Shown here one piece after another: positions 26,554-37,525 of a stretch of DNA of 39,216 nt. The position numbers and the translations under genes were made by a program. Location: assembly GCA_019721075.1 (NCBI GenBank), contig JAHEAD010000006.1, positions 62,001 through 101,216 on the forward strand. The letters are read 5' to 3'. The stretch is from Candidatus Sysuiplasma jiujiangense. GTDB taxonomy: Archaea > Thermoplasmatota > Thermoplasmata > Sysuiplasmatales > Sysuiplasmataceae. Positions within the stretch are counted from its first letter, which is position 1; each line of letters starts with the position of its first letter. The notes below the pieces were generated by a model. The model worked only from the letters and a program-made list of their open reading frames with translations, made no database searches and was not told the origin of the DNA.

Positions 26554-29500
26554 ATGCAATCGAATCTGCATGGAAGAGAGAACGATGCTGAACTCGAGGT
26601 TGCATTCGAAAGGAAGCTGAATGAGATTGTGAGAAACCTGAAAACGCACTTCAAAAGCGTGGATCGTTTTCAGGATATCATAGCCAATTCAAGAAAGTAC
26701 AGGGCTGACGATCTCATAGAGGGACAGAAGCCTGAATCACTCGTCCGGCAATTTGTGGTCGATCCCCTTCTCGAGTTCCTGCGCTTTTCGTCTATCAGGG
26801 AAACAACGATGCCCACGCCGCACGGCATCAGGGCACCTGATTATTTTGTCAGCCCGGTGAGTGCCGACGATCCTAGACTCTACGTTGAGGTGGAACCAAT
26901 GAACGCAGACCTCCGAAGGGAGGGAGAGGGCATTTCACAAATCAGGGAATGGCTTTTTTCACGCGCCTCAAAGACGGACTACGGAATGGCAACGAACGGC
27001 ATCGAATGGATCCTCGTGAAATTCGACAAATCCCTGCTGGATGTGCGGGAAGTCCGGCGCTTTGACCTCAGGAAGTCATTTCTGAAGGCGATGAACGCCG
27101 CGTCTCTCCTCGATGACAAGGAACTGGCAGGGGAACGGCAAGGTTTTCTTCGCCTGCATGCGGAAAATATTCTCGACTTCCTTTCTGCAAATGAATTAAG
27201 GGTCGAGCAGAAGAAGGAGGAGATTTCAGAGTCGTTCTACGATCATTACGTCAGAGCCGTATTCGGAAGAGACGTAAATGGGGGAAAAATCGAAGGCGGC
27301 TGTCTTCTAGATCAGATAAACGCTCCGGCGCATGCAAACGGCGAGAATGAGAAAAACCTGTTCGCCGTCATTCTGATGAACAGATTGATTTTCATAAAAT
27401 TCCTGGAGGAAAAAGGGATAGTGGACAGGAATCTGCTGAACAGCATTTTCGACCAGTACAGATCATCAAGGCTGCCGTCCACCTTCTACGCATCTTTGCT
27501 TAAGCCGCTGTTCTACAATGTTTTCAACACTCCCGTGAATGAAAGGCCGGAGCACGTTGCGGGCAACCCTGTCTTTGCCAGTCTGCCGTATCTCAACGGC
27601 GGACTGTTCAGGGAGGTGATACGCTTCGAATCTGAATACGATGTCGGCAACGACGGCATAGAACTTGTCGTCAGGGATCTGCTTGAAAGGTACCGCTTCC
27701 AGCTCAAGACCGGCGAAGGCATAAATCCCGACATCCTGGGCTATATTTTCGAGAAGACTATAAACTTCATTTCGGGCACGGGAAACATGGGTCAGAAAAT
27801 GAAGGGTGCATATTACACACCGAATGATGTTGTCGAGTTCATCGTGTCCAGTACGCTGGTGCCGGTTGTTCATGAGCGGCTGACCCGGACGTTGAGAGAG
27901 GCGGGCTTCGACGAGTCCGTTCTCTCCCGGTGCGCTACATTGAGCGATATCCTGGATCCCGCGAATCTGCCGACGGACAGGAACCTGTTGAGGAAAATGA
28001 TAGACGAAGTGGAAAGGATCACTGTGCTGGATCCTGCTTGCGGTTCCGGCCACTTCCTGACGGCAATCCTTTCGGAGTTTGTCCGCATAAAGGAATATCT
28101 GATAAAAGCCGCCGGCGGCAGGGCCGACAGATACAGGATAAAGAGAGACATCATCTCGCAGAACATCTTCGGCGTGGACATAGATCCGAATGCTGTTGAG
28201 ATAGCCAGGCTGCGCCTGTGGCTGTCCCTCATAGACGAAGTAAAAGGCGAACGGCATGTTGAAGCGCTGCCGAACATAGATTTCAATATCATCGCGGGAA
28301 ACAGCCTCATAGGCCTCAGGATGCCTTCCACGGAGAGGCTGACCCTGACCCTGTGGAACAAAGATGCGGTCGGCGAACTTTTCATGGGTTTGTCTTCGGT
28401 ACATCCGCTAAAGGCGGCAAGCATCAGGAACAGCATTCTGGCGGGCAGATGGCATCCGTGATTGGCGGGTACAGGAGCCTCATAGACATCTACGCCGGGG
28501 AACACGGAAAGAACGCGATAGAACTCAGACGAATCATGCGGCAAATCAGGGACAGACTGTACGAAGTGCTCAACACGTATTATCTGTCGATGCTGTCCAG
28601 GGAGGGCAACACGGGCAAAGAGAAATTCAGGGAGATATCGAAAGAGTTTGGGCGCTTGAATCCGTTTCACTGGTTTGTCGACTTCAACAAGGCAATTGAT
28701 CGGAGCGGTTTTGACGTCGTTCTCGGCAATCCGCCTTACATAGAGGACAGGAACTACAGCGCGATCGAGATCGCGATAATCCGATGCATGAAAAGAGGCC
28801 CGAAGAACGGCGGCAAGCCGTCCGTGCCTCTGCTCTACGCATCGAAGGACTGCGGAAACACTTACGCCTATTTCATCGAGCGGGCGCTCGATCTCGCCAG
28901 ACCGGAAGGCAGGATGTCATTGATAGTCCCGGTATCCCTTGTTTCGACGGACAGGATGGGCAGTATCAGGAGGTTCGTTCACGAAAATTCATCGTCGGCA
29001 TGGTATTACAACTTCGACGACAGGCCTGGGAAAATCTTCTCAGGTCTGGAGCACTGCAGATCCACCATCCTCGTTGCAGAGAAGGGCGGCCGGTTGAAAA
29101 GACTCGAGGTTTCAGGATACAACAGATGGCGAACCGCCGACAGATATAAGCTTTTCAACAGGATTCGGACCGTTCCGTGGCAGGCGGATGAGCCCGGAGC
29201 GCTTATTCCGAAACTCGGCAGTCCCTTGGAACTGGAGATATTGAAACGGCTCATGGAATCCAGCGAGGGGAAAAGACTCGGCGATTTCTGCGCAACGGAC
29301 GGCGTGCCCATATGGTACCACAACGCACCACAGTACTGGATACATGCGCACAGGGACGGCGCAGTGCCGAAGGTGGAATACTATTCCGAATACAGGGAGA
29401 ACGACGGTGTGATAACGCCCCTGAATCTGGAGGACGTGTCCATTTCGGATCATTACAAAAAATTGGCATTCCCCGAAAACAAGGCGGATGCAGTGATCGC

Positions 29501-29930
29501 ACTGCTGTGCTCATCAATATTTTACTGGTGGTTCACGATATGGTCGGACGGCAGGGACCTTCTCGATTCTCACATAAAACAGTTCCCTCTGAATCTGGAT
29601 AAATTGAGCAAGCAGGATGGAACGGAGCTCACCAGACTAGTCGATGAACTGACGGACAGTTTCGAACGCCATTCGGCCGAAGTAATCAACGTCAGGAAAA
29701 AAGGGACGAAGGAAAGCTATGTTATAAAAATAAAGACAATTAACACGATCGATTCATACGACATCATCAGGAAAATCGACTCTGCACTATTCAACATCAT
29801 AGGGCTTAACGAAGAGCAGTCCGAATTCTTGGCGAAATTTGACTTATCCTTCAGGATGCAGAAGGGAGAAGGTTCAATACTTGAAGATTTTACGGATCGT
29901 CCGATTTTGGATAGAGAAGGAGAGACGTAG
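26554..29930 (+). pseudogene. Type IIG (Eco57I-like) fused restriction-modification enzyme, split near 28445-28461
   Basis: N-terminal PDY...VEVE nuclease-like domain, GAYYTP and motif I VLDPACGSGHFL in 26554-28461; motif IV GNPPY and TRD-like C-terminus in 28449-29930. Confidence 0.85.
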
Positions 29931-29981
29931 TTATGAGTGTTTTAATGTTCTGTTTTCAATCCTGCGGATGGTACGGTTATC

Positions 29982-31316
29982 ATGGTTAAAAACATCAGGC
30001 TCTTTGAAATAACAAGGAAACTGAATTCGGAGGCGCTTGCAGTCCTGGTTGAAAATTTCGTATCGGAGCAATACAAGACCAATTCTGTCGTGTACCGTCC
30101 AGTTGGCGACCCGCCAGCAAGTTACACTGTAGAGCCGATTGAAACCGCTGTTTTCGATTTTCATGCGTTACTTTTTGCGAGCATGGGCAGAATACAGAAC
30201 CTGCCTGAATTTGGAGAATTGAAAAATATTATTGCAAATGATGTTGTTCTATCAAGGCATCTCGATACTCAGGCTGTTGTTGGGGACTTCTCAGGGATGC
30301 GGTCAGTTTCTTCATGGGATTTTATTTCGGATATCCTCCTTCGGCAACTCAATGGGGAAAGCAGACCTGTGTTTAATGAGAAGATTTTTTCAAATACCTA
30401 TGCAGATTGGGAGAATTTTTTCTATACGGATTCAGTTCAATTGAGCGTGATCGCTCCCATAAGTCAATTCAGGGCGGATAACTCACCTATCGTGTTACAC
30501 AATGGAGTTCGTATCAGAAGAATAACAGACACGGAATTCGATAAAATATATCAAAACGACACTGTGCAGATACCAGCATTCGAGAGGTATGCAATCAGGT
30601 ATGTTTTGGAATTTCCGGCCGAGACTGAAAAAATCTTAAAACCCATGCCCACACAAATTGATGAAACCGAGATCCTCAAAATCGAAACTTTTCTACGCGC
30701 CATTTCTGAAAAAATCGAAATATTCGCGGCATTACTGAGACTTTATGAGCCTTCCCACTTTGGGATTCGGACATACTGGATTCATCATAATACACCTCTT
30801 CCCTGTTTTTCCGATCAGTTCATGTTCGGTCTTACCAGCATAAGGCGGGTGTTCGGTCTCACTCAACTCAATCCTGTTGAAATTGCCGGATTCACGGGGT
30901 TTTATCAAGACTATGAACCCCTTATTAAGAAGCATGAATTCATTGAAAGAGCAATTCGCAGATTCAATGAATCCTATGATAGAGAGAAGCCTGAAGACGC
31001 CTTTCTTGACTTGTGTGTGGCGATCGAAATTTTGTTTCAAAAGTCAGACGAGAGTGGCGAGAACACGCATAAGATTTCTACAAGAATGGCCAAACTTCTA
31101 AGCAGTGACTTTGAAAACAGAAAGCGCATTTTTAAGGAGGCGAAGAGAATTTATGGCGAGCGCAGTTCATTAGTGCACCGCGGGAACTCACGTGATTCGG
31201 CGGAATTTGTGAGCAAAACAGCGGATTATGTAAGGAAATCGATTATCTCGTTTTTGGATCGGCTTGGCATACAATCACATGATGCGATTATCGATTACAT
31301 CGACCTTGGCAATTGA
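29982..31316 (+). CDS. ApeA-like HEPN-domain protein (putative defence RNase)
   Basis: AIRRFNESY...LDLCVAIEILF and YGERSSLVHRG (R-x4-H). Confidence 0.8.
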   Translation: MVKNIRLFEITRKLNSEALAVLVENFVSEQYKTNSVVYRPVGDPPASYTVEPIETAVFDFHALLFASMGRIQNLPEFGELKNIIANDVVLSRHLDTQAVVGDFSGMRSVSSWDFISDILLRQLNGESRPVFNEKIFSNTYADWENFFYTDSVQLSVIAPISQFRADNSPIVLHNGVRIRRITDTEFDKIYQNDTVQIPAFERYAIRYVLEFPAETEKILKPMPTQIDETEILKIETFLRAISEKIEIFAALLRLYEPSHFGIRTYWIHHNTPLPCFSDQFMFGLTSIRRVFGLTQLNPVEIAGFTGFYQDYEPLIKKHEFIERAIRRFNESYDREKPEDAFLDLCVAIEILFQKSDESGENTHKISTRMAKLLSSDFENRKRIFKEAKRIYGERSSLVHRGNSRDSAEFVSKTADYVRKSIISFLDRLGIQSHDAIIDYIDLGN

Positions 31317-31620
31317 ACAATCAGGATCGGATCATCGAAAGGAACCATTTAGTGTGCAGTTAAGCACGAGAATGCATCTTTCGGACAATGAAACCTTTTG
31401 ATTAATTTCATCTCCGACTGTTAGTGTCCGAATTGTCGGCGGACATGCGTCTTATCCTTCTCAAGCAGGATCTGACGCGGAGGAAGGAGAAGGTGCATTG
31501 CGATACCGCCGCGGATCGAAAGATAACACTCCCGCCAATGTTGACCCAAGTGTCTGACCCGGCCTTATGTTGCCGTCCATGCCGAATATCATATATCCTT
31601 CCTTTATCATATCTTATTGT

Positions 31621-31842
31621 GTGGTCGAATATATCCAGTGCCCGTTCTGCGATGCCCTCTTCAAGGAACCGCAGGCAAGAAAGGCGTCAGGGTCTACACA
31701 GCTGGAGGAGCATGTGATGACCATGCACCGCAAGGTCAGGGTGAGGAAGGGAAGCAACTACAGGTGGATGGATGAGGCGGAGGTGAAGAAGACGGCGGCC
31801 AGGGAAGGCACCTGGCCGATGAAACGAGGCAGAGGTGAATGA
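31621..31842 (+). CDS. Small C2H2 zinc-finger protein
   Basis: IQCPFCDALF...LEEHVMTMH; GTG start; overlaps the next gene. Confidence 0.65.
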   Translation: MVEYIQCPFCDALFKEPQARKASGSTQLEEHVMTMHRKVRVRKGSNYRWMDEAEVKKTAAREGTWPMKRGRGE

Positions 31843-32339
31843 CCGCAAAGTACATTGCAATCATGGTTGCGGTACTGCTAATCGCGGCAACTGCAGGCGT
31901 GACGGCCTATCTGACCATGGCAGCGCCAGACAGTCATGCCCGTACTCTGACGGTGTTACCGGCCGGATGGAAGATGCCACTCTATTCCGGCGGCTCGGTC
32001 AACAGTTCAGGCTCGATCATGCTCTTTTCGCTGAGGGTAAAGGGTGCCGCCCCTGTCACTGTGAAAGGCGCATGGAACTCGACGGGCGGATGCTCCCTCT
32101 CGCTCATATACTTCTATCCCAACAGCACAAGCTTGGTGAAAACAGTCTGGCAGACAGGGTATGCGCTATCCGGGGCGCTTAACTTTTCAGTCCCTCCCGG
32201 CGGCGCAACATGGGAAGTCATGATCACGCCTGAGGTTAACGTCACAGAAACGTTCACCGTCGTGTCCCCGATTGTTCTTCATGTGCCTGCCGGCGATTCC
32301 GTCGAATACCATGCAGTACCTGTTCCAGCGGGAGGCTGA
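31839..32339 (+). CDS. Secreted or membrane-anchored protein (166 aa)
   Basis: N-terminal TM helix, beta-rich body. Confidence 0.75.
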   Translation: MTAKYIAIMVAVLLIAATAGVTAYLTMAAPDSHARTLTVLPAGWKMPLYSGGSVNSSGSIMLFSLRVKGAAPVTVKGAWNSTGGCSLSLIYFYPNSTSLVKTVWQTGYALSGALNFSVPPGGATWEVMITPEVNVTETFTVVSPIVLHVPAGDSVEYHAVPVPAGG

Positions 32340-32390
32340 GCATACGGCAGAACGCAATGCAGCATCAGGACAGAAGGGAGTGAAATCCGC

Positions 32391-33059
32391 ATGAACGAAC
32401 TGAGGAAGAGCCTGCTCATCAGCATACCGATAGCTGCGGCATGCCTCTACTACGGAATTGTGTCGCCTTCAATGACGCTGGTAGTGGCCGGCATTGTCGC
32501 CGCATTTGTCGGCGCCGTGATTCCTGCCGTTTCGGGCAGGGCACACATGAAGGCGCTGAAGATGACAATTGCAGTCGTTGTCGCTGCCGTAATAATCATC
32601 TTCGCAATAGGCATCATGCAGATGGAAGTAGCCCATGATGTTGCTCCGCAGGGCACGCAGCCGGGGGCAGTCATCGCCACAATCATGCCCGAGAACGCCA
32701 CATTCGCCTATGCGCCCAACGGCACGGTCAGCACGGTCAGCGAGATTGTGCACATTACCTACGGCATGGTGTACGGCGGCATAGAGTTCAACATAAGCAA
32801 CGGCACGGCGATTGTGGGTTCATGGTCATCCACGTCCCAGGTGGCGGCCATCGTTGTGCCTCTGCAATACATGCACAACGTCTCGGTCCTCGGCAAGCAG
32901 CTGTCGATCGAAAAGCCGTCCATGAGCAGCAGAATCGACATGTCGTTCGGCACGGCGGTTTCCGTCAGTTCCGTGTCCCTAGTGCTCATGTTCTTCCCTC
33001 TGCCGGGGCAGAGCGGGACGGTTACGTTCACCCAGGCGCTGCTGCTTGAAGATGTGTGA
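32391..33059 (+). CDS. Membrane protein (3 N-terminal TM helices, extracellular domain)
   Basis: Three hydrophobic segments followed by a beta-rich domain. Confidence 0.75.
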   Translation: MNELRKSLLISIPIAAACLYYGIVSPSMTLVVAGIVAAFVGAVIPAVSGRAHMKALKMTIAVVVAAVIIIFAIGIMQMEVAHDVAPQGTQPGAVIATIMPENATFAYAPNGTVSTVSEIVHITYGMVYGGIEFNISNGTAIVGSWSSTSQVAAIVVPLQYMHNVSVLGKQLSIEKPSMSSRIDMSFGTAVSVSSVSLVLMFFPLPGQSGTVTFTQALLLEDV

Positions 33060-33070
33060 AGGTACGACGT

Positions 33071-34033
33071 CCTGCCATCACTGGGAGCGCCTCTTTCCCC
33101 TGTTCGATCCTCCTTGTTTTGCGTAAATCAGTGTGGTTAAAAATATTTCGATGCCGTCTTAACTGCCATTTGAGTTGTAGTCGTCATGACCGAAGTAGAA
33201 GAAGCTATTACCAACAGCATTAAGAATTTTGAGGAGAAATTCCGTCAGGAAAGACTTGACAGTATCAGGGAAGAGGCACAAGAAGACAACCCTAACGAAT
33301 GGTATCCAGATACATTCTGGTGTGAATCAGATATGAAGTACTGGATGGCGACTGAATTTTCAAAGACCCTGAGAAAGGACGGGGTTGAAATTCACACTGA
33401 GGTGCCTATCAACGAAAGTACCATATTCAACAAGAATAAAGTCAAAAAGCTTTACAGGATGATCAATGAAGGAAAACGTGAAAAGGATAGAGTGAAATTG
33501 TGGAAGCCGGATTTGGGCATATTTCCCTCTGAGGAACATGGAGAATCAGAATCTTACGCACTGATGGAATTCATGTTTGTGCCGGAGATGCGAAAGACAC
33601 CTTTCCGCGCCAGTTCTGCACCGGAAGGAGCGTTGAGAAGGGCATTCGAGAAATTGGAAATCAAGGCCATATACCTGCAAAGTGCGATAGAGTGCGAAAT
33701 CACCGGTCAGGGATGGATTGTCCTTGTTCATGAGTTGCTGTACGAATTTGTATCAGAAAAACCGGAATACAGGAAGCGTTTTGACAGCATCAAGAAGAGG
33801 TACCCCAATGTGAGATTCAATCTCATAGGCACAACATACAAGGAAAGAGCCGGGGCTGCCGGCCGCTAACGCGCTGTTTATCGATGTTGGTAAGTTATGG
33901 TGAGCGGGATATGTCAATGCTGTTCGAAATCGATGCGCCTGAAAGTGTTGTGCCATGACCACATATCGGTGTGGCTGTGAGGGGGTTGCATGGCGCCCTA
34001 CCATCACTGGGAGCGCCTCTTTTCCCTGTCCGA
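33071..34033. repeat. 37-bp imperfect direct repeats flanking a single-gene cassette
   Basis: 33071-33107 versus 33997-34033, 3 mismatches; core CCATCACTGGGAGCGCCTCTTT. Confidence 0.85.
33186..33869 (+). CDS. Putative PD-(D/E)xK nuclease-fold protein
   Basis: ESDMK, IHTEVP, KPDLGIF, LMEF pattern; catalytic Lys not evident. Confidence 0.55.
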   Translation: MTEVEEAITNSIKNFEEKFRQERLDSIREEAQEDNPNEWYPDTFWCESDMKYWMATEFSKTLRKDGVEIHTEVPINESTIFNKNKVKKLYRMINEGKREKDRVKLWKPDLGIFPSEEHGESESYALMEFMFVPEMRKTPFRASSAPEGALRRAFEKLEIKAIYLQSAIECEITGQGWIVLVHELLYEFVSEKPEYRKRFDSIKKRYPNVRFNLIGTTYKERAGAAGR

Positions 34034-34170
34034 CTTTTAGTCTGACGAAATTGAGGAATTTTTTCCTCAATTTGGGAAGATTTAAATACGGGCGGCCTGC
34101 CGGGGCGACTCCGGACAGTTTCCAGCTCCTGCTGCTTCTTCTTGAGATACGCCGCTGCAGGTGCCTTCAT
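33895..34170 (-). CDS. Hypothetical basic protein (C-terminal frame uncertain)
   Basis: Coupled to 34167-34415; contains one copy of the 37-bp repeat. Confidence 0.4.
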   Translation of the reverse strand: MKAPAAAYLKKKQQELETVRSRPGRPPVFKSSQIEEKIPQFRQTKSRTGKRGAPSDGRAPCNPLTATPICGHGTTLSGASISNSIDISRSP

Positions 34171-34415
34171 TCTTTAATCGTCTTCCGAAGGAGCGAGGCT
34201 CGGTTTTGTCTCAGAACAACGGACCAGCCCTTCCGTGTTAAATACAACATCTTAAGACGCGGTTCTAGGTCGATGGTATTGTATGGTGCGCCTTCCTTCC
34301 TGCGACTTCCGCCGCCAAGCCAGTAGGGCTCGTAATCCTCAATGTCGCTCTTGTCAAGTCGGATCCATGCGAGGGCAAGACCCCCAAACAGACCTTTACG
34401 GTAAAGGCGATGCAC
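34167..34415 (-). CDS. Hypothetical protein
   Basis: Minus-strand ORF continuing the replication operon; start uncertain. Confidence 0.4.
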   Translation of the reverse strand: MHRLYRKGLFGGLALAWIRLDKSDIEDYEPYWLGGGSRRKEGAPYNTIDLEPRLKMLYLTRKGWSVVLRQNRASLLRKTIKE

Positions 34416-34538
34416 CGCATGTGTAGATAGACTTCCTGCGTATTCGATAACCCTTCAGATGTTTCTTTTCAAACCACCGCTGTAGCAGGCTGCGCCAGTC
34501 GAGACGCCACGACGTGAAGTGGACTTTGAGATGATGCA

Positions 34539-34838
34539 TCATCTGAGTTGCTCCTTCGGCCTGCAGACTCGCAGTGGAAGCACCGGCCGACCGTAACGGC
34601 AGGTGCCGTCCGAGGAGTATTCGATGTCGATGCCTGCCAGTTTTACGCCAGTGACAAAACCGCAGTCGCTGCAGCTTCCCTCTATATAAAAAATATTAGG
34701 CTCGATGATGGTGAGTCTCTCATTGCATCTGCCGCATGTAAATTTCTGATGCACATGTGCTCCCCTGGCGTCCCATCTTTCGGCAATGGAAAACCAACTA
34801 TCCATGTTAATGTCATTGTGTTTATTCATTAAATCCAC
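34539..34838 (-). CDS. Zinc-ribbon protein
   Basis: QKFTCGRCNER...CSDCG; overlaps the helicase stop. Confidence 0.65.
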   Translation of the reverse strand: MDLMNKHNDINMDSWFSIAERWDARGAHVHQKFTCGRCNERLTIIEPNIFYIEGSCSDCGFVTGVKLAGIDIEYSSDGTCRYGRPVLPLRVCRPKEQLR

Positions 34839-36397
34839 TCACACAGATCTTCGATTGCCGATCGCCCTATGGGCAGCGTGTACTTCGAACCGAGGTCGAG
34901 TATCCAGGAAGATGAACGCCCCCGTGTGAGACCGGTGTACAGGATCCGTGCTTCGAAGTTTTCAGTCCAGTTGTCGTAGATCATTTTTGGGATGTCGACG
35001 GCGACTGCGACGTGCTCAAATTCGAAACCCTTCGCACTGTGGACTGTATCGATAAACAAGAGGTCCGCCTCATTTATGCCGGTTCCGACCCACCCCCATG
35101 CAATCGGCTTGAATTTGCACGGCAGACGGGCCGCCGAGAAAACCTCTTCCTTTGGATAATTGAGAGCCGGGAACGTTTCAACAGATACGCCTTTTCTTTC
35201 GAGCACCTCCCACCACTGTTCGACCAACATATTTTTCGGTAGAAAAAAATTAATCGCTGACGCATCGTCTTTGCTCACGCTCGGAAAATGGTGCAATGCG
35301 TTGACGAAACGAACGAAAGGTCGTGTCCATGGAGATAGATTTTCATGCTGTTCGTTTATCGACAGTGGTATGTAACCCAACTCCGAAAGTGCCTTGCTCA
35401 AACGCCACGCAAAGTATTGTGTCCGACAGAGAACCGCCTTTGTTCCTTCTTCCCTCAGGAAACGGGCCGGCACCATGGTGTGGTACACATGATCGTTGTT
35501 TTGATTCGGACTGAACGGAACGAAATCATCGATATGCGAATCCGTGAGTATTTTGGACGCGAGGCCGTAAATCCGGTTGCCGAATCGATGCGTTGCGCCG
35601 AGCTGGAAGATTGTGCCTTCCTTCATGCGGGACAGCACAAGACCCGGATCCGCTCCCCTGTAACCGTATATCGACTGGCAGGGATCGGTGAAATACACGA
35701 CCGCCTGTACGCCTTCCGCTATGTTTTCCACCGCACGCCACATCGCCGGCGAAAAATCCTGCGTTTCGTCGACCAGCAGCATGTCCGGCCCCTCGCTGCA
35801 TGACGCTTCCGCAAGCTGTTCGATCATGTCCGAATAGTCGAGGAGTCCGAGACCATGCTTGAATTCCTCATAGCATTTTGCGATCTCGTTGTAGTCCCTG
35901 GAATAATCGTTCATGAGGGCGCATATGGAATCAGACTTCAGTCCGCCGACCCACCGATCGTAACCGCCGAAAAAGCGTCCGAACTCGTCGTTTGTGTTGA
36001 GCATCTCCCAGTCGAAAAGATGCCCAAATCGATGTCCCTCATCGTATCCGATGTTGAATTTCTTGCAGAAATTCTTCAATTCAGGCTCGCCCAGATAATC
36101 AGTTATCAGCAGCCCCAGGGCGTGATGCGCGTAGGAATGTAACGTGCGTACGGGAGAAACCTCTTTCCCGTCGTCGTCCCTGACGCACCCGACCTTGGCC
36201 TTCAGCTCCTGCGCAAGTGAGCGGGAATAAGTGATAACCTCGAATTTCTGACCGAAGTGTCGCGCCTGATTGGCGAATGAGACGATGGCGGTTGTTTTGC
36301 CAGAGCCCGGGGGGCCTAATATGAAGTTTCGTTCGTGTAAGTTTTCGAGCATTATTCTGTCCGTGGGTCCGACTTTTTTTACGTTCCATGGAACCAT
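34829..36397 (-). CDS. UvrD/Rep-like superfamily 1 helicase
   Basis: GPPGSGKTT, TLHS, VDETQD, DPCQSIYGYRGA, TVHSAKGFEF, YTGLTRGR. Confidence 0.9.
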   Translation of the reverse strand: MVPWNVKKVGPTDRIMLENLHERNFILGPPGSGKTTAIVSFANQARHFGQKFEVITYSRSLAQELKAKVGCVRDDDGKEVSPVRTLHSYAHHALGLLITDYLGEPELKNFCKKFNIGYDEGHRFGHLFDWEMLNTNDEFGRFFGGYDRWVGGLKSDSICALMNDYSRDYNEIAKCYEEFKHGLGLLDYSDMIEQLAEASCSEGPDMLLVDETQDFSPAMWRAVENIAEGVQAVVYFTDPCQSIYGYRGADPGLVLSRMKEGTIFQLGATHRFGNRIYGLASKILTDSHIDDFVPFSPNQNNDHVYHTMVPARFLREEGTKAVLCRTQYFAWRLSKALSELGYIPLSINEQHENLSPWTRPFVRFVNALHHFPSVSKDDASAINFFLPKNMLVEQWWEVLERKGVSVETFPALNYPKEEVFSAARLPCKFKPIAWGWVGTGINEADLLFIDTVHSAKGFEFEHVAVAVDIPKMIYDNWTENFEARILYTGLTRGRSSSWILDLGSKYTLPIGRSAIEDLCEWI

Positions 36398-37525
36398 CAA
36401 CTATCACCCTTCCCTTCACCGACAATAGAATTGGTTTTGAGTTCTATCGGAATTTCAAGCGACGCGAGCAGCTCGTTCAGCTTAGAATAGCGAACATGCA
36501 TGGTACTGCTGCTCATCAACCACCTGAGAGACCGATCCACTGTCCGCCGATCATAAACAGGATTATACAATCGCTCGACCCGATGTATCTCCTGCACACT
36601 TACACCTGTAAGTAACATAGACCCTCAGCCTGTGGGCAGCATCACTGTGAGGCGGCAGGGGTTTCACTGCAATGAGGTAGTTCACAACCATTCTTAGTTT
36701 CGGAGGAAGGCATGCCACCGAACCCGTCAGTGCGGCGGGATCAATCTTGACAGTTTCGCTGTTACACTGCTCTTCCTCCAGTCTGGCTCCAAGATACTTG
36801 AAAAGCCCCTCTGAAAACATGCTGATGTCCCACCTCGGCGGCTTCTGCGTGAGATTCCTCACGGGAAGATCGATCGGCTTTGTATTTGACACAGAATCGA
36901 CAATGGTGCAAAATCCGCCGGACTTGGGGTGTATCGAGCCTGGCATCCGGATCATCCTGCCGCGGGACGACGACGACCAGTGCGTCAATGCCGGATCAAA
37001 AGCATTCTGAAGGCCGGTGTCATTCTCAACCAGAATTCTGAGATAGTCGCGGACACATTCGGCCACATCGAACTCAGGATTTGACTCGAATTCTGCCGCC
37101 ATCTCCTCGGGGACATCAATCGGCGCCGTGAAAAGCACGTGAACATGGTAGCTCTTATTCCCCGACCATGAAAGCCAAGGACAAGCACCGTTGTCCCTTA
37201 ACCAGCACAATACTTTCTGTGTCGCATGTGCCATAAATTCGTAGTCATCACTATCGGATTCGAGGACAAGCTCGTTTGACAGGACTGTCCTGCCGGCCAC
37301 GGTCTTGGGATGAACCCAGAACGCTCCCGAAAGCGGCGGATGCCATTCTAGGGGAAAGGCCGGACAACTATAGGGTTCGTGCCATTCGGATGTTGCGAGC
37401 CGATCATGATGTTCCGGGAATTTGTGAATTATGAGCATACGCTGACTGGATGAAGCCGACATTAGCAGCCTGAGTTCGTACGCTTGCGCATGAAAATCAT
37501 CATGACCGTTTTTCATTTTCAGCAT
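36397..37525 (-). CDS. Archaeo-eukaryotic primase/polymerase (AEP); helical C-terminal domain split off by a frameshift near 36615
   Basis: LVLESD, WSGNKSYHVH and RMIRMPGSIHPKSG in 36563-37525; PriCT/PriX-like GVSVQEIH...YDRRTVD in 36397-36618. Confidence 0.75.
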
